In this document: positions 1 to 13,300 of the stretch, piece after piece
How the letters are laid out: every line of letters starts with the position of its first letter
Position numbering within the stretch: position 1 is the first letter of the stretch
Assembly: GCA_964036045.1 (NCBI GenBank)
Contig: OZ038378.1
Coordinates: 15,004,001-15,068,000, forward strand
Reading direction: 5' to 3'
Source: Eutreptiella sp. 'Long Island Sound 2002'
Lineage: Eukaryota; Protista; Euglenida
DNA length: 64,000 bases
Made by a program: the position numbers and the translations under genes
Notes under the pieces: model-generated
Seen by the model: only the letters and a program-made list of their open reading frames with translations
Told to the model about the DNA's origin: nothing
Databases searched by the model: none

Positions 1-699
1 CGAGGTGTTTTGCAAAACAGAAAGTGATGGTCCCCTTGCCCCCCCTCCCCCGGCGTACTATACAAGGGCGCTTACTATACCAGGGGGGTGGTTGTTGGCA
101 CGAGGCCATGGTGCTAGTTTGTTTGCCTTTGGCGGCGCCTATTGGCCTCTCGCCCTTACCCTCTGTGGGTCTAAACGTGTTTTGGTGCTGTCAATGGAGC
201 CCCTGGATGGCTTGTCCTGTTTGACTACTCTGGGGTCCGCTGTCCCAGAGACGGGCTGTTGCCCGTGCCAGGGGGGGGGTGCGGTTAGTACATCAGATAC
301 ACCCCGAGATGAAACCCCTGCACATCATGCAAATTGGCAGCAACATGCATTGGCTTCAATGCGGGCTACTGCTCAACTGGAAGAACTCACTCAAAGTAAA
401 AGCTCTTTCCCACCTGATATGAAACTCTGGATATCACTGTGGCCAAGATGTTTACCAAACAACGCCCCATTCCCACACTCTGTCCAAGAGGGGCATAAGG
501 CCCAGTCTCCCCTAGGTGTTGGAAGACAGTGGTGGCCTGGAAAACAATGATCCATGCAAACTGGGGATCATTTTGGGCCATATGTGTTGGGCTCCAACCA
601 CCTCAACTGCCCTGCTGGCGGCCACCCGTGCCATCCCCTCGCCTCGTGCGCCTAGTACGCTCCCTTGCACATAATATACAGAAGCCCAATGGCAATGAT

Positions 700-1260
700 G
701 CTATAGCTGTGCATATATTCTGGACCGAGTGCCCATGCGAGCAGCATGTAGCACGCTTGGCACCATCTTGCACCACGAACCCCCCCCCCCCCCCGCGCCA
801 CCAAAAAAAAACAAGAGGCCCTTATAGCCATGACACTTGCTCCTTGGCATGTAGACATGTGGGTAAAACAACTTAAAGGCCTCACAGGGGGGATGAGCGC
901 CAGTACCGCTGATGGGCACATCAACCAAAAGCACATGCTGAGCAGTGATATGAAATGGCTGATCCGGTTTGCCCTGGAAAGGAGCAATGTACACAAGCGC
1001 GGACGCTTGGTATGACATGCCTCATGACATCCCTTATGATTTCCCTGATGCCATCCCTTATGTTGAAGGCGGAGTGGCAGGGGTGTGCAAGAGGCTGTTC
1101 GGGCCTGCAGCGAACTCAACTGAGCAGGGAATCATGCATGAGTGTGTGCAGACCCAACAGCCAGGAGCAGCTGTTTGCCCTCGGATCACTTGTGGTTGTT
1201 GCTGATCTACAGACTTGGGGTGGGCCATGACTGCTGATGCGTGTCGCAGTCGCACTCGCA
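700..1260 (+). pseudogene. Decayed non-LTR retrotransposon RT fragments
   Basis: Short frames with RT-like remnants (KQLKGLTGGMSASTADGHINQ resembles the GFRxGxSTxD region); many stops and frameshifts. Confidence 0.3.
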
Positions 1261-1508
1261 AATAAAATTGACTATGCAGAAGACAGTTGCGAATCAAATT
1301 CTATTGCCCCTGGCAAGGCACCTGGAAGAGAGTGCTAGAACACTAGAGTCAGTCAATTAGGCTGACAGTCAGCCAATCAGTCAGGCACGCAGGCACGCAG
1401 GCACGCAGTCAATGAGGCAGGCAGGCATGCAGGCAGAAACACCCAGTTTGGGTATTATGGTGTCACCCTCTATCTTCAGCTGGAGAAAAAGCAACAGTTA
1501 ACACATCC

Positions 1509-1578
1509 TGTCGGTGGTCGAGTGGAAAAACAAGCAATGTGCAAGCAGGCGGGCATCGGTTCAATTCTCGGACCGACG
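1509..1578 (+). other. Degenerate tRNA-like sequence (possible SINE head)
   Basis: A-box-like TGGTCGAGTGG and B-box-like GGTTCAATTC; ends TGTCGGT/ACCGACG can pair as an acceptor stem; T and anticodon arms are imperfect. Confidence 0.3.
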
Positions 1579-2637
1579 CCGCGGCCGCGCCGCAGTTTGT
1601 CCCTAGGCTGCTTGACACACCAGAGTTCGAATCCCACTAAGCACAAACTTTTGAAACCCCCCCCCCCACATCCACACCCACACACCCCCACATGCACCCC
1701 CCAAAAAAGTGGTACCCAAGTACCCAAGTACGGGGGGGGGGGGGGTTAGAGGGCTCAAAATCGAAAAATTTGCTGGGGGATCATTTGTCTCACATCCAAT
1801 ATCATGCCTGGGGTTGTGCTACGCGAACAACCCCCAAAAAGGGGATGTATGGTGTCTGCGCCTACACTTGATCTAACAACCTCTCTTTGAGGTGATTTCA
1901 CCTTTTTCAGGTAATAGCACACTCTCTCTCGCACACCCTCTGGGCAGAACTCTCGTTCCTGTGAGGAACTCATGTTGGATGACCTCTTGTGGCAGTGCAC
2001 GAGGGCCCGCCAGGGTTTTTCTTAACCAACAGGGGGCAATTTGAGAGACGCACCCACCACAGAAACCCCAGGACCCAGACATGTCCAAGCTGTTGGGACC
2101 CACGCAGGGGGGGGGGGGGGGGATTGGACATTGGACAGAATTGCTGAAGAACCCACCCACCCATCCCCGCCCGCCCCGTAGGTAGGGCACACACGAAGAA
2201 GAACCCTGGACCCATCTCACCCACCGGCAAAGACAACCTACAGCAACCACACCACATGCATCACATGCTGCATGAGTGTGCACACATGGGCACTTTTTCT
2301 CCGTCCTGTATTTTCACTTTCTGGCTGCTTTGAAACGAGGGACTCAAAAGGTCAGGTGTGGACCTGCAACTTAACTCCAATCGCGGCTGCCTTCAAAAAG
2401 ACCTTCACTGCTTCATCAGTTGACTGCTTGACTGTCCACACAATGTTCTGTTGCATGAGTGCTTCTCATCCCTAGGGAGGGGGGAAGGGGACCCAGGGGG
2501 TTGCCATAAAGACTGACCCGCGGGGAGGGGGATCACCAGACTTGGAAAATTGTTATCCTAAAGCGCCATGAGTGGCACTGGTCCTCGTGGTCCAGCACAG
2601 ATTCTCCTTGGCAAGAAGCGAGAGAAGTTCATCATCA

Positions 2638-2672
<35 letters not shown>
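2638..2672 (+). repeat. (CAG)n microsatellite
   Basis: About 10 consecutive CAG/CAA units. Confidence 0.95.
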
Positions 2673-2673
<1 letters not shown>

Positions 2674-4554
2674 CCACCACCACTATCATCTTGTTTTTCA
2701 TGATCATCAGCATCATCACACGTGTGAAATCATCATGTGCAGCATGAATGTATACAGACAGTGGGCAATGAGGCACAGGGTGGAGCAGGCAATAGAATTA
2801 CAGGTAAAACGCCAACAGAAATAGGAAATGAAAAGGACAGAACAATGGCTCTCTTGCTTTACCAATGAATTGTGGGCAGCGGAGTTGGGGCCCATTATCA
2901 TCAATATCGGCAGACTGTTGGTGCTGGGTAAAAGATAGTGGAGACCCCTGCATTCTTTCACTTACCTGCAGCCGAACCAATGTCAACTTGACAAATGCCA
3001 TGGGTTGGGTGGGCGATCTTGGCGTCAACAGAGACAGAGCCCGGTTTTGGCTCTGGCCAGACCGATGAACACATTACCTAGAAGAGGTGATACATCCATC
3101 ACCTAGCATCACCTAGGAGAGGTGCAGGACTCGGGAGAAGGAGGCTTGTGGCTGCATAGAAACCACGACATAAGCTGACGGAAGCAACCCTGCGACTCAG
3201 CGCATGCAACCCCTGGGGTCTCCTCCAGAAGGCCTTTCAGGTGCATGTACTCAATCCGAATCTGCTCCATCATCTCATAGCCCGGCGTCTCCTTCGAAAA
3301 AATACAGTGCGCGCCTGCTGCTGCATACTGCTCCACATCCTTCACACATACACTGGAGGACCATACGCAAATGAAGCCCTGCAAGGGAGCACAGATGCAG
3401 TTGGGGGGACACACAGTGCAAGTGCAGTTGAAAGAACTTGAGGCACGTGCCACAGGCTGGACATCAGGTGCAGGTGCAGTGGGCAGCAGCAAGGGAACAC
3501 TTTCCCCGTGTGCAAAACAAAAAAGCTATGCTACCCAAGACAGGGCGGAGGGGCAATGAACCATCCACTGAATCGCCCAAGTCCATCCAGAATGCACCAT
3601 TAGGAGAGACCTCCAAGGGGCCATGACGGCAGGTTTTCAATTAAGCAGTACGATCCGGACCTCATGCCAGACTCAGTCAGTTCAGCCAATTGTTTTGCCA
3701 CGCTGCACTTGCAGTACCGAATGTTGCCTTGAGTTTGCCACACTGCTATGGCTATCCAATGTTTCTTAGGCTGATTTGGGTCAGCTCTGCCACCCCCATA
3801 GGCCAGGGGGGCGGGGGGATGGGGGGCTTGCAGGGGTGCGCATTTTTTACGGCTATTTCACCAAGAAATCCCCATCTTCCCCATACATGAAAAGCGCCCC
3901 ACAAGCGGCAACCGCAAAACACAAACACACAGTGCCACAGCATTTGCGGTTCACACTTTCCCATGTGCTAATTCTGCTGCTCCAGGTTGCAGACACCCAA
4001 AAGGGGCTCCCACAGGTCCCACAGATGACACAATAATGGATGCATCACTGCCCAACACCCGTGAAAACTCAGGTTGCCTAAAAGTCTGCAATTTCATTTT
4101 GACACCATGTGCACACTGCAAAGGGGTGGGGGGTCGGTTAGAACACGGAACACCCCCCAACTAACTGTTGGCCAGAGATCCCCTTCACGGGGATCTAGAA
4201 GGGGCCAATGCGGGGGGGTTGGTCTGCTTGCGCCAAAGCCAGGTCCCACGGCCTGTGTGTCCTTACCTCTCTGGCACAACTGGGTCCCGACCTCCGGTGG
4301 TCTGGTCTCACAGCCGCCCAGAGTGCTGACAGTCCCCAACCAAGGCGCTGGTGGGATACCAATTGGGGGGGGGGGGGGATTCCCCTGAGGCCTCGCGCTA
4401 GTTCATCACAGGCACCCCTTACCTCGCCTTGCCCTCCCTCTAACCATGACCTGTGCACCACCACCAGGATTAAATATTGGGACCGAGCTGGTGGGGGAAG
4501 GGACATCGTCTAGGAGACTTCAACGACAAATGAGGTACGCATTGGAAAGTGGAT

Positions 4555-5046
4555 GAGAGCGGCTCAAAAGGGGCTCAAAATCAGCCGTGTTCATCCGTTT
4601 GTGCACCACAACTGGACTAGGATCATTTTTGGAAAACCATGGTTTTGACCCATTTTTGAGCCCTTTATGGTCCCAAATTGGCCCATTTTCAAGGCCCTTT
4701 CGGCCTTGAGAGGGGCCAAAATTGCTCAAAATGGGCTCAAAATGGGCTCATTCGACTTGTTTGTGCACCCCAAATAGTCCAAAAGTATCTTTGGAAAACC
4801 ACATTTTTGATCCATTTTTGACTGATTTTTGGTCCCAAAACAGCCCATTTTCAAGGCATTTTGTGACTTCAGAGGGGCCAAAATGGCTTGCAATGGGCTC
4901 AAAATGGGCTCATTTCACTTGTTTAGGCACTCCAAATGGTCTCGGATCATTTTTTGGAAAAACACATTTTTGACCCATTTTTGACCCATTTTTGGTCCCT
5001 ATACAGCCCATTTTCAAGGCATTTTGGGATTTCAGGAGGGCCAAAA
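4555..5046. repeat. Tandem satellite, 3 diverged units of ~165-170 bp
   Basis: Recurring blocks GGGCTCAAAATGGGCTC, TTTTTGGAAAA, CCATTTTTGA, GCCCATTTTCAAGGC and GAGGGGCCAAAA at ~170 bp period. Confidence 0.85.
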
Positions 5047-5745
5047 GGTCCTGGTCACCACGGCGACGGAGGCGTATAAGGAGAGATACGAGGGTTCCGG
5101 TCGGTGGTCATCTTCATCCAGAAGTAGGGTGGAGGCCGAAATTCTGGAGGACGAGGGCCTGACGGAGGCCGGCAAGAGATTGAAGCGGGTTACGCGAAAG
5201 AGGTTCAAATATGTAGAGGGCGTGGAATACTTCGAAATACACAAAGGAGAATGGATCAAAACGAGTGAAGAGCCAGTAGGACCGTGTAAGACCTGCAGAG
5301 GACGTGCAGAAATCCTACGCCACTGGGTTGGCGCTGCCCGTATCTCGAATGACGAGACATACAGGGGGACCTGGGAACGGAGTCGCCAGTCTCAACACCT
5401 CATGAGACCCCAGCCCCCGCCGCCCACCCCGGGGCGATAGTTGGAAGGGGATCCTTATCGACTGGGTCAAGATGGGGAGACTGGATTGGGCTTTTCAGAC
5501 CCGGCGGATGACGTACAGGCAGGCCTGGTCAGCACCTCGAAGGAGGGTACCCGTATAAACTACGGGTCGCATCTGCGCCGGTTTGGATTCTTTTACCGAC
5601 CCACCCCCGCCGAGGAAACCTAGAAGGTGGCTAAAGAGGTCTTGCTCCTCCTTTTCAAATCGGGATATCGCCCAGCTACACTCCGTGGAGCGGTGTCTGC
5701 CTTGAAAGTCGTCTAGTGGTTTCCGCCCCTCAAAATTGCCCTAAC
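5045..5745 (+). mobile_element. Fragment of a YR retrotransposon (gag tail plus N-terminal tyrosine-recombinase domain)
   Basis: One frame broken only by TAG at 5438, 5621 and 5714. It contains TRINYGSHLRRF ... GYRPATLRGAVSALK, typical of the core-binding domain of DIRS-type recombinases, and an upstream CKTC motif. Confidence 0.55.
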
Positions 5746-7800
5746 AGACGCCTAGACCCCCGTACCTAGGCCTAGTGGGCTGTGGCTAGCTGCAAGAGGT
5801 AGCCCAAAGAGGTGGGTGCCAAAATGGGTCAACAAGGTCCACCGGGTGCAAAAAAAGACTTTATTCAAAAATGATCCTGGACCACATGGAATGCCAAAAG
5901 AAGTGTTTTTGGCGCGTTTTGAGCTTGTGGTGGCCCGGTGAGCAGAAATCAGAAAAGCCAGGTCTTCCACTGGCGGGAGGGTGAAGGATGCCGGTTTGAC
6001 CTTGTGCTGACTATTTAAATTCACCAAAATGAACGATCATGGATGCCTTTTCCCGGTTTTTCGGGGACGGGGAGCAACCACCGATTCGGGGGCAAAGAGG
6101 CGTCGTATGGTCGCAAGACCCCGTCCCGCACTGGAGCCCTCGCCATACGGAGGCCCTCCCCAGAGACCGGTCTATCTCCTGTAAACGGCGGGAGGCAATT
6201 GTTGAAAATTGCTCGGGAACCACGGCATGCCAAATGAAGGGGGGGATGTTGATGGACCCCACCTCCCCAATGCCCCTATCCAAGACTTCTTCAGAGAGGA
6301 CGACGAAATCGGGCTTCGGCGAGGTCGAGTCCTTGAACAACACGGCCCATGTACCACGCGCCAGACGATCTAAGTCCGCCATGAGGGCGTCGTCCAAGTG
6401 TGCCACCCCCAAATCCTCCGCAATCTCTCTACCCCGTAAGATCAATAATCGGAGACGGGACCGCAACCGGGGCAGGGCCCGCAACGATAGCTTCTAGCCT
6501 TCCGAAAGCATGAGCCAGCCATCGTATTCCCCTTGGGGAGTTCAAGAAGTCTTGCACGGCTTGTTCCCTGGCGTCGACAGAGCAGTTGTTTGGACGGGCG
6601 GAGGGTCTTGCTGATAGCTCGCTTGAGGCAGGGTCTCGCCCCTGTGGTCGAATCCCTGAGCCGACCCACGAACTTGGAGAACGCTGGAGCCGATGGTTTG
6701 TCCGGGGGGGGGGGGGGGGGGGGAACTAAAGGCTATGGTTGAACTTCGGATGCGACCCACGAAGTTGGATGCTGAAGGAACCGCTAGACCATTAGGAGGC
6801 TGGCATTGGGAGTCCTGGGCTCTGGGCTCCGTGACCTAGGTTTATTTTCGTGCTTTGGAGGGTGCGGTGCTTGCTTTCGTCCCGAGCGGTGCAACCCGAA
6901 CCCGTGGTGGGTCTGCGGCGGGAGTCGACGGCGGGGGTACTACGTCCCCTTCGGAGTCCTCCGCGGGTGTATCCTGGTCCCCTCGTGAGCGCTTGTCGCC
7001 GGTGAATGAGGTTCTTTCTGGGCGTTCGTAACGTACACACAAGTCGATGATGGATCGGGGCCAGAAGTCTTCCACTGCCACTAATTTCTAGCATACTCCG
7101 GTAGACGTTGGCCAAGGCAGCGGCGAAACCGAGCGAAAGACGAACTCATCGGGGGCGGCGGCATACCAGTGGGCCATCCTAACGCTGCCCCAGCGACCCC
7201 GCCAACATAGGTGGCGCCAGGGGCGGCCTTTCCATCGCAGGAGCGCCGCACCCGCACGGCGCCAGCTGTGCTAGCGGTAGCTGGCGCATACGGAGCCCTG
7301 GAGGAGGCAAGCCATGCCCTCTTCCAAGTAGGATGAGCTGCCGACGAGGACTTCACGACCCACGTGCGTCTCCATGAGCCAGAGGACCAACTCCTCGACG
7401 TAGCGCACCACGTACCTCGAGACCCACCATTCGTCTCTCTTGATCCCACTGTACGAGACCGAACCAGAACGCAATCTTGAGCGGCGCATGGAGGCGATTT
7501 CCCACACCCTTGTGAGGCACGCAAATGAAATGGCGGCCGCGGTGAAGACGGACCAGTCGGTGGGGGTGCTGCATGCATCTGCCATGTTTTGCAGGACGTG
7601 CGGGCCTGCACAGGCCCGTTCACCTTTGGTAGCCGCCGGCGCTTTCGCGAGACGCCAAAGGCGGTCCCAACCAAGGTCCGGATCCCTCCCGGTAATGGGA
7701 AAAGTGGGTGGTTGTGGGTGGAACAAGTGCTCTCGAATTTTGAGCCACGTAGCCTATGGTCTGTTTTTGGTTTGGGGCTGTCGGCGGCCAATGTGCACAA
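5745..7800 (-). mobile_element. Decayed YR retrotransposon (YR followed by RT), VIPER/TATE-like order
   Basis: YR frame LTRVWEIASM ... YR*HSWRRAGAA ... WRGRWGSVRMAHWY shows catalytic R, HxxR and Y with a TAG at 7271. The downstream segment GIGEVGSINIPPFIWHAVVPEQF aligns with the RT N-terminus of the element at 31-36 kb, followed by FTLPPVEDL and LPLAASHSP remnants. Confidence 0.75.
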
Positions 7801-8399
7801 ATTCTCAGGCTTTTAGGGGCCTTTTGGGGGCGGTTCGCGGACATATTGTGGAGTTAGAGGGACCTAGAGGGACCTTCGGCACGGGGAAATCTAGCTGCAT
7901 GTGTAGAGTAGCCACTATTTCCCTTCATTCGGCCGTTTTCAGCAAGTTCTAGGGCGGTTTTGGGCAAAAAAAGGCTGATTTTAGCCCTAAATTGCAGATT
8001 CTGAAATGGAGGTCCGGCACTTGCGACGCCCGTTCCCGGCCGCCACCGTTGAGTTTTTGGCTCATACTTCGTGTGGTTGTCCCTCACACCCATAGGTAGC
8101 ATCCACCAAAATTTTGGCCAAATCCGAAGCACCATGACGGAGCTGTGGTTTTCCCCCATTTCGCGCGTGCTTGCTGCTTGCTGCTTGCTACTTGCTAAAC
8201 CTAGTGGGTCCACCCTAGACACTGAAAAGGGTTATAAAACCAACACTGGTTCCACCAGCTCGGTGACCATAACCCTAAACCCCCCCCCTTTCTAAGGGCA
8301 TGCGCGTGTTCTTATTTTTTTGTGTGTTCTTATTTTTTGCGTGCTCTTATTTGGAAGACCCCTTGTGCAGTGTTCTCGGCCCTCTCCATTTTCAGCAAT

Positions 8400-8690
8400 A
8401 TGGCACAGCTAAACGTTCTTGACCCTTCTTTTTGGTTTGATGATGTTGTGGCTGCTAGAGATGAGGATGAGGCAATTGTGGATAATTGCTATGAGGCAGC
8501 CACAGATCCCTCAAACTATGCCGCCAGTGTGAGTGACAGTGATAATGACCATGATGACCATGATGAACACAGCCCACCAGAATTCTATGATGATCAACTT
8601 GGGTCTGAAGTTGTTGATGATGGGCGGGATGAAGCAGTGGAGGTTCCTAAGTATTTACCTCCTGATGATAGCTCAAAAACAGCTCATTTT
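8400..8690 (+). pseudogene. Acidic ORF fragment, possible truncated transposase N-terminus
   Basis: ATG at 8400 opens an Asp/Glu-rich frame that runs into a dispersed repeat; three GTGTTCTTATTTTT-like units precede it. Confidence 0.25.
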
Positions 8691-10300
8691 TGCCTCAAAA
8701 TGGACCACCGCATCGCACCACGGCGTGGGAGATGCCTCATTGAACACCCACTTGCAATCATTTGATACCCCAATCACCATGGAAGAAGAATGGCCCTCAT
8801 TGGAGACGCCTACTTGACACATCAGCCATGGTCCTCAACTTTCACGACGATCGGTGGCACCATGGTGTGAAAGATGCCCAAATGCTAGGGAAGAAGAACA
8901 GCCCTCGTTGGAGACACCTACTTGACACAATGGCGGTCGTCGTGAACTTTCAGGTTGGTCGTCCTACAAACAACCTGAAAATTGCCATTTTTGGACACTA
9001 AATTGGCCGCAAAAACGGGCTAGACGGCTCGAAATGGCACAAAAACTTGATGCAAGTGATACGCATTTGCCCTGCAGTCGTTTTGAGCTTCTTCGATGCC
9101 AATTTTGAGCCACGGTGTCTACGAAAAGAGTCTACTTGGTGGTGGTGGTGGTGGTGTGGTGTTGCTGCTGTTCCTGAGATGTGTTGCTCACCTTGGACCC
9201 TAAGAAGGTTTGTAAACCCATGACAGGGTAGACCTAGCTCATTACTCAAGACTTACCGCTAGGAACGAGCTGGGTCCGAGTCTTGCTCATTGCATAGGAA
9301 GTCACTGCGGAAGAAGAACAACCCTCATTGGAGACGCCTTCTTGACGCACTTGCAATGGCTAAATGTTCAAGACGATCGTCATGAAGACATGCGGGAAAA
9401 CGGATGATGTTCACCCCAAAATAGACGACGGCATGGCACCACAGCCATCAACCCGAACGTTAACTGAAGCTTGAGCTAGGTCCTAGTCTTAATGCATAGG
9501 AAGTTGCTATGGAATAAGAATGGCCTGTGTTGGATATGGTTGTGCACGATCATCGCGAAAACGGTTCATTTTCACCTCACCTGTGTTAAGATGAGAATTG
9601 TTAGTGTGTCAAGCAGTATCTTTTTTGCTATGTAGGCTTTCTCATGGCATCTCAAAGCCAGTCGGTCAAGCAGGCGTCGGCAATGAGGGCGCTTCTTCTT
9701 GCGTAGCGATTGGGCTATACCCCACACCGTGGTGCCATCCAGTGGTCCATTTTACAAAGGGTGCCACATGCAAAGAGATACACAACAATGCCATGAGAGA
9801 GCGACCAAAAAATGGCCCTTTTTAGCCTGTTTTTGGGATGATCATCCTAAAAGTTTAGGACGCTCACTATTTTGTCAAGCTGGCATCTCCAACAAGGACC
9901 GTTCCGCTTCCATAGCGATTGGGCAAAGAAATGATTGCAAAGGGGTGTTGAATGAGGTGTCTCCCACACCGTGGTGCCACGCGGTGGTCCATTTGGGTCT
10001 ACACTGAGCAACAAATTTTACCACCATCTAGCTGCAGCAGCACCAAGCACCAGCAAACACCAGAAAAAGAAGCAGAAAAGGTCCTTTTTGGGGGTCACCG
10101 TGGCTCAAAACCGGCATCGAAGTAGCCCAAAACAACCATAGAGCAAATGTGCATCATGGTTTCATGCCATTTCAAGCCGTCTAGCCCGCTTGGCGGCCGA
10201 TCAAGTGACCAAAAATGGCTAATTTTAGCCTGTTTTCAGGACCATCGTGCTAAAAGTTGAGGACGGTCGCCGATGTGTAGGCATCTCCAATGGGGGCCAT
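8690..10300. repeat. Dispersed composite repeat family (GAAGAAGAACGGCCCTCATTGGAGACGCC type), cluster 1
   Basis: The same modules recur at 14040-15850, 43590-45140, 46620-46760, 48310-48370 and 49230-49790 in both orientations. Confidence 0.85.
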
Positions 10301-10359
10301 TCTCTTGGGGGTACGAACCTGACATCCCGGGCCGACGGGGACCATGAAAACGGACAAAA

Positions 10360-13300
10360 AGTTTCACTGTTGGCCTGTGTGGCCAACAGTGAAACTCACA
10401 TAAAAATTCAATTTCCCAAAACTGCACTGTGGGGGCCATATTTCATAATGTTTCACTGTCAACAGTGAAACAGCAACTGACATAGAAGCATTGAGGTGTG
10501 ATGGACGGCATCCCCAGAACCCCCCCCCCCTCCATTCCATCCCATGCGAGGCTGTGGACCAAGTGCAGCCACGAACAACTTCCCTCCGTGACAAACGAGT
10601 GTATGTAAAGGAGCAACACAAAACACAGGTAGGACACTTGTGCACACAGTGTACCTACAGAGTAGAAGAATATCCGTAATGAAAAATACTGTCACTGGCA
10701 AATGACATCAGCAAGGGAGAGAGTTTCACTGTTAACAGTGAAACGGAGTTTTATACTGCACTCCAAGGTGCAACGTGGAAACAATACAACACATATATGA
10801 CCCTGTTGGTGAAACTGACATAGAAGATAAACAGTACATGGCTCCTGCAGTGAAGTACAGTGCAAATACGCAGGGACAGTGTCATATGTCCGTGCAGTCC
10901 AAGACAGAGGCTGAAGGGTACAGTTTATGGTTCATAAATGATTGTTCCTGTCTGTTGAAAAACAAAAGCACATAGTGGACTTCCGGACCAAACTGTGTGC
11001 AGTAGGTCATCACAGAGCAGTGCAGTGACAGGAAAAAATCTAACACCGGTTTCAAGCATTTCGGGCACGGGTGTCATTATGGAAGTGTGTTTCACAGTTG
11101 ACAGTGAAAGTACGGTGTGATAACCCAGCAAACCAGCACACAACACACCAGCAACAGAACAACCAGAAGCAGTTCTCAAAAAAGCACAACTGACAACTCC
11201 TCCCATTCAGCCTACTGCTTTGCACTGCGGGTGCTCCGGGAAGCTTGCTCAAGCTGAGCCACACTAAGGATGGTCACGGCAGGGACTTTGGGTTTCCGCT
11301 TCAACCCGGGGGCTCCTCGTCCGCCGGATCCCACGCTGTTTGCGTCCTAAAGCTACGCTGCAATTGCTTGCTACTGGCCCTTAACAATGTTGTGCGTGCA
11401 AATCCACGGTATCCTCTAGGTCCATCTGGGTGAGGGTGGTTTGCTCAGTCGGCCGCTTGGCACCTGCCTTGGCAAGGGGCTTGGCCTCCCCCTTCTTGTT
11501 CCTTGTTGCCTTCGCGGGAGCTGGCTTTGCATCGACACTAACGGCATTGAAGGCAGGTCCGAGGACAGTTGGGGGCACATGAACCACAGAATCGACAGCA
11601 CGGGATGAGGTAGCTTCCGGGCAGACAGTTTCACTGTCAACAGTGAAACCTCCTCGGAGAGTCTAGTTTTTTGGAATGCTGGTGCCAGGGAATAGGGTGT
11701 CAAGGAACTTCTGATGCTGGCTTCCTTGCCTGTGTTCATCATCAGCCTTCACACCATTCTCTTTGATTCCTCCTGCTTGTTGTATGTGTGTCCGTCCATG
11801 TACAGCACATTCAAAAAGGGCTAGCATGATATGATTCATGGTAGGGTTGGGCCATAAAGAATAGTGCACAATTAATTTCCGTCTTTATTGTGCATCCCTT
11901 GGCAGAAGGAACCACTACAAGTAAATGAGGAGCAGGAAGCATTATGTTGCAGCACCAGTTTACACAATGTTAGTTTTAAGAACTGATAGTTGCCTTGTGT
12001 CTTGTGTTCAACAACATATTCAGCAAATTGAAAACAGTCAAAATAAGGTGAACCCAGTATCTTGCGTGATAGTGAAATACTAAAACTAATGCTCTAGTGA
12101 CAACCAAAGGCAAATGGTCCTTTGAACCGAATCGTCTGCAGCACACTTTCACTGTTGACAGTGAAACCCCATTAGAAGAGGTGCCTGGGGCATGCAATTT
12201 CGTACTCTTTGGGGCTGCTTTTCTCCCACTTCTGGCACCTCCTTGATCCCCGCAGGCTGCTAAAAAATGGAGGCTCTTGCAAAATTGGTGTGCCCATGTC
12301 ACATAATCCTTGTGTGATTTCTTGGCGGATCCTCTCTTTTGCAAAGGCAACCCAGTTGGCCAATGGTGGTTCCCGCAAGAGTACAAAACCACTTCCCCGC
12401 AACTCAAGCCGTTGTTCCTTGGTTAGTGTTGTCATAGCCCTTGCATTGGGGACCATTTTTGCCACTATCATCGGCTTTGCGAGTACCAGCATGTGGCGGA
12501 AGAACTTGAACACAGCAGCTACAAAGCGCAGAAGCCATTGCTTGGACCCACGACTCGGCTAGTCCTGCTTCAGATCTGCAATACTTCGTCTTGTTCGAGT
12601 ATTCAAACGCAACTCCAGAGCCACCTCCATAAAAGGCAAAGCTGGTCCTCCTCCCAGAGCGCATTCCACCAATGGGTCCCCATCTTGGCATAGCTCACCC
12701 CGATCCACAACGTCATACAACCCCGAGCAAATGTCTTGTAGGCTGAATGGGGAGGCACTATTGTCAGTCATTGTGCCCTCTGAGGCAGTACAGGTAGATT
12801 ATATACAGACAGAACAAGCAGACAACAACCAGTGGTTTCACTGTTGACATTGAAACTCAATCGTGGATAGGTATTAGTAGGCAGAATAGCAAAACTTGTG
12901 TACAGGGTGCAATATGCCACCTGCTACTAACAGGGAGTGGTGGCAGTTGGTTTCACTGTTGACAGTGAAAGTCTCAGTGCTTCGGTGCTGTGCAGGCCAA
13001 CCACCTGAAAGGCAGGAGAACAACACATGGAATGGTGGCACAATGGGGGAGTACAACTGCAATAACATCCTCCTCTGGCACCCCGTTGTCCCCCCACCAC
13101 GGCACAAGCACAAAGAAGCACAAGGGCACATAGCTGCAGGAACTTACCATATGTACTTGATGACCAGAAGTAGTTTCACTGTTGACAGTGAAACTACGTG
13201 TGATAACCTGGCCTGGGTGGATGAGATGACAAAGTAAGCAAACTCAAACAGTTTCACTGTTAACGGTGAAACTGTTTGCCATACTGTGGTGTTAATGGAT

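Noticed and set aside
1509-1578. Functional tRNA gene (also 13376-13450, ~23600-23680, ~40650)
   Set aside because: A/B-box-like motifs are present but the cloverleaf does not close; at most SINE heads or pseudogenes.
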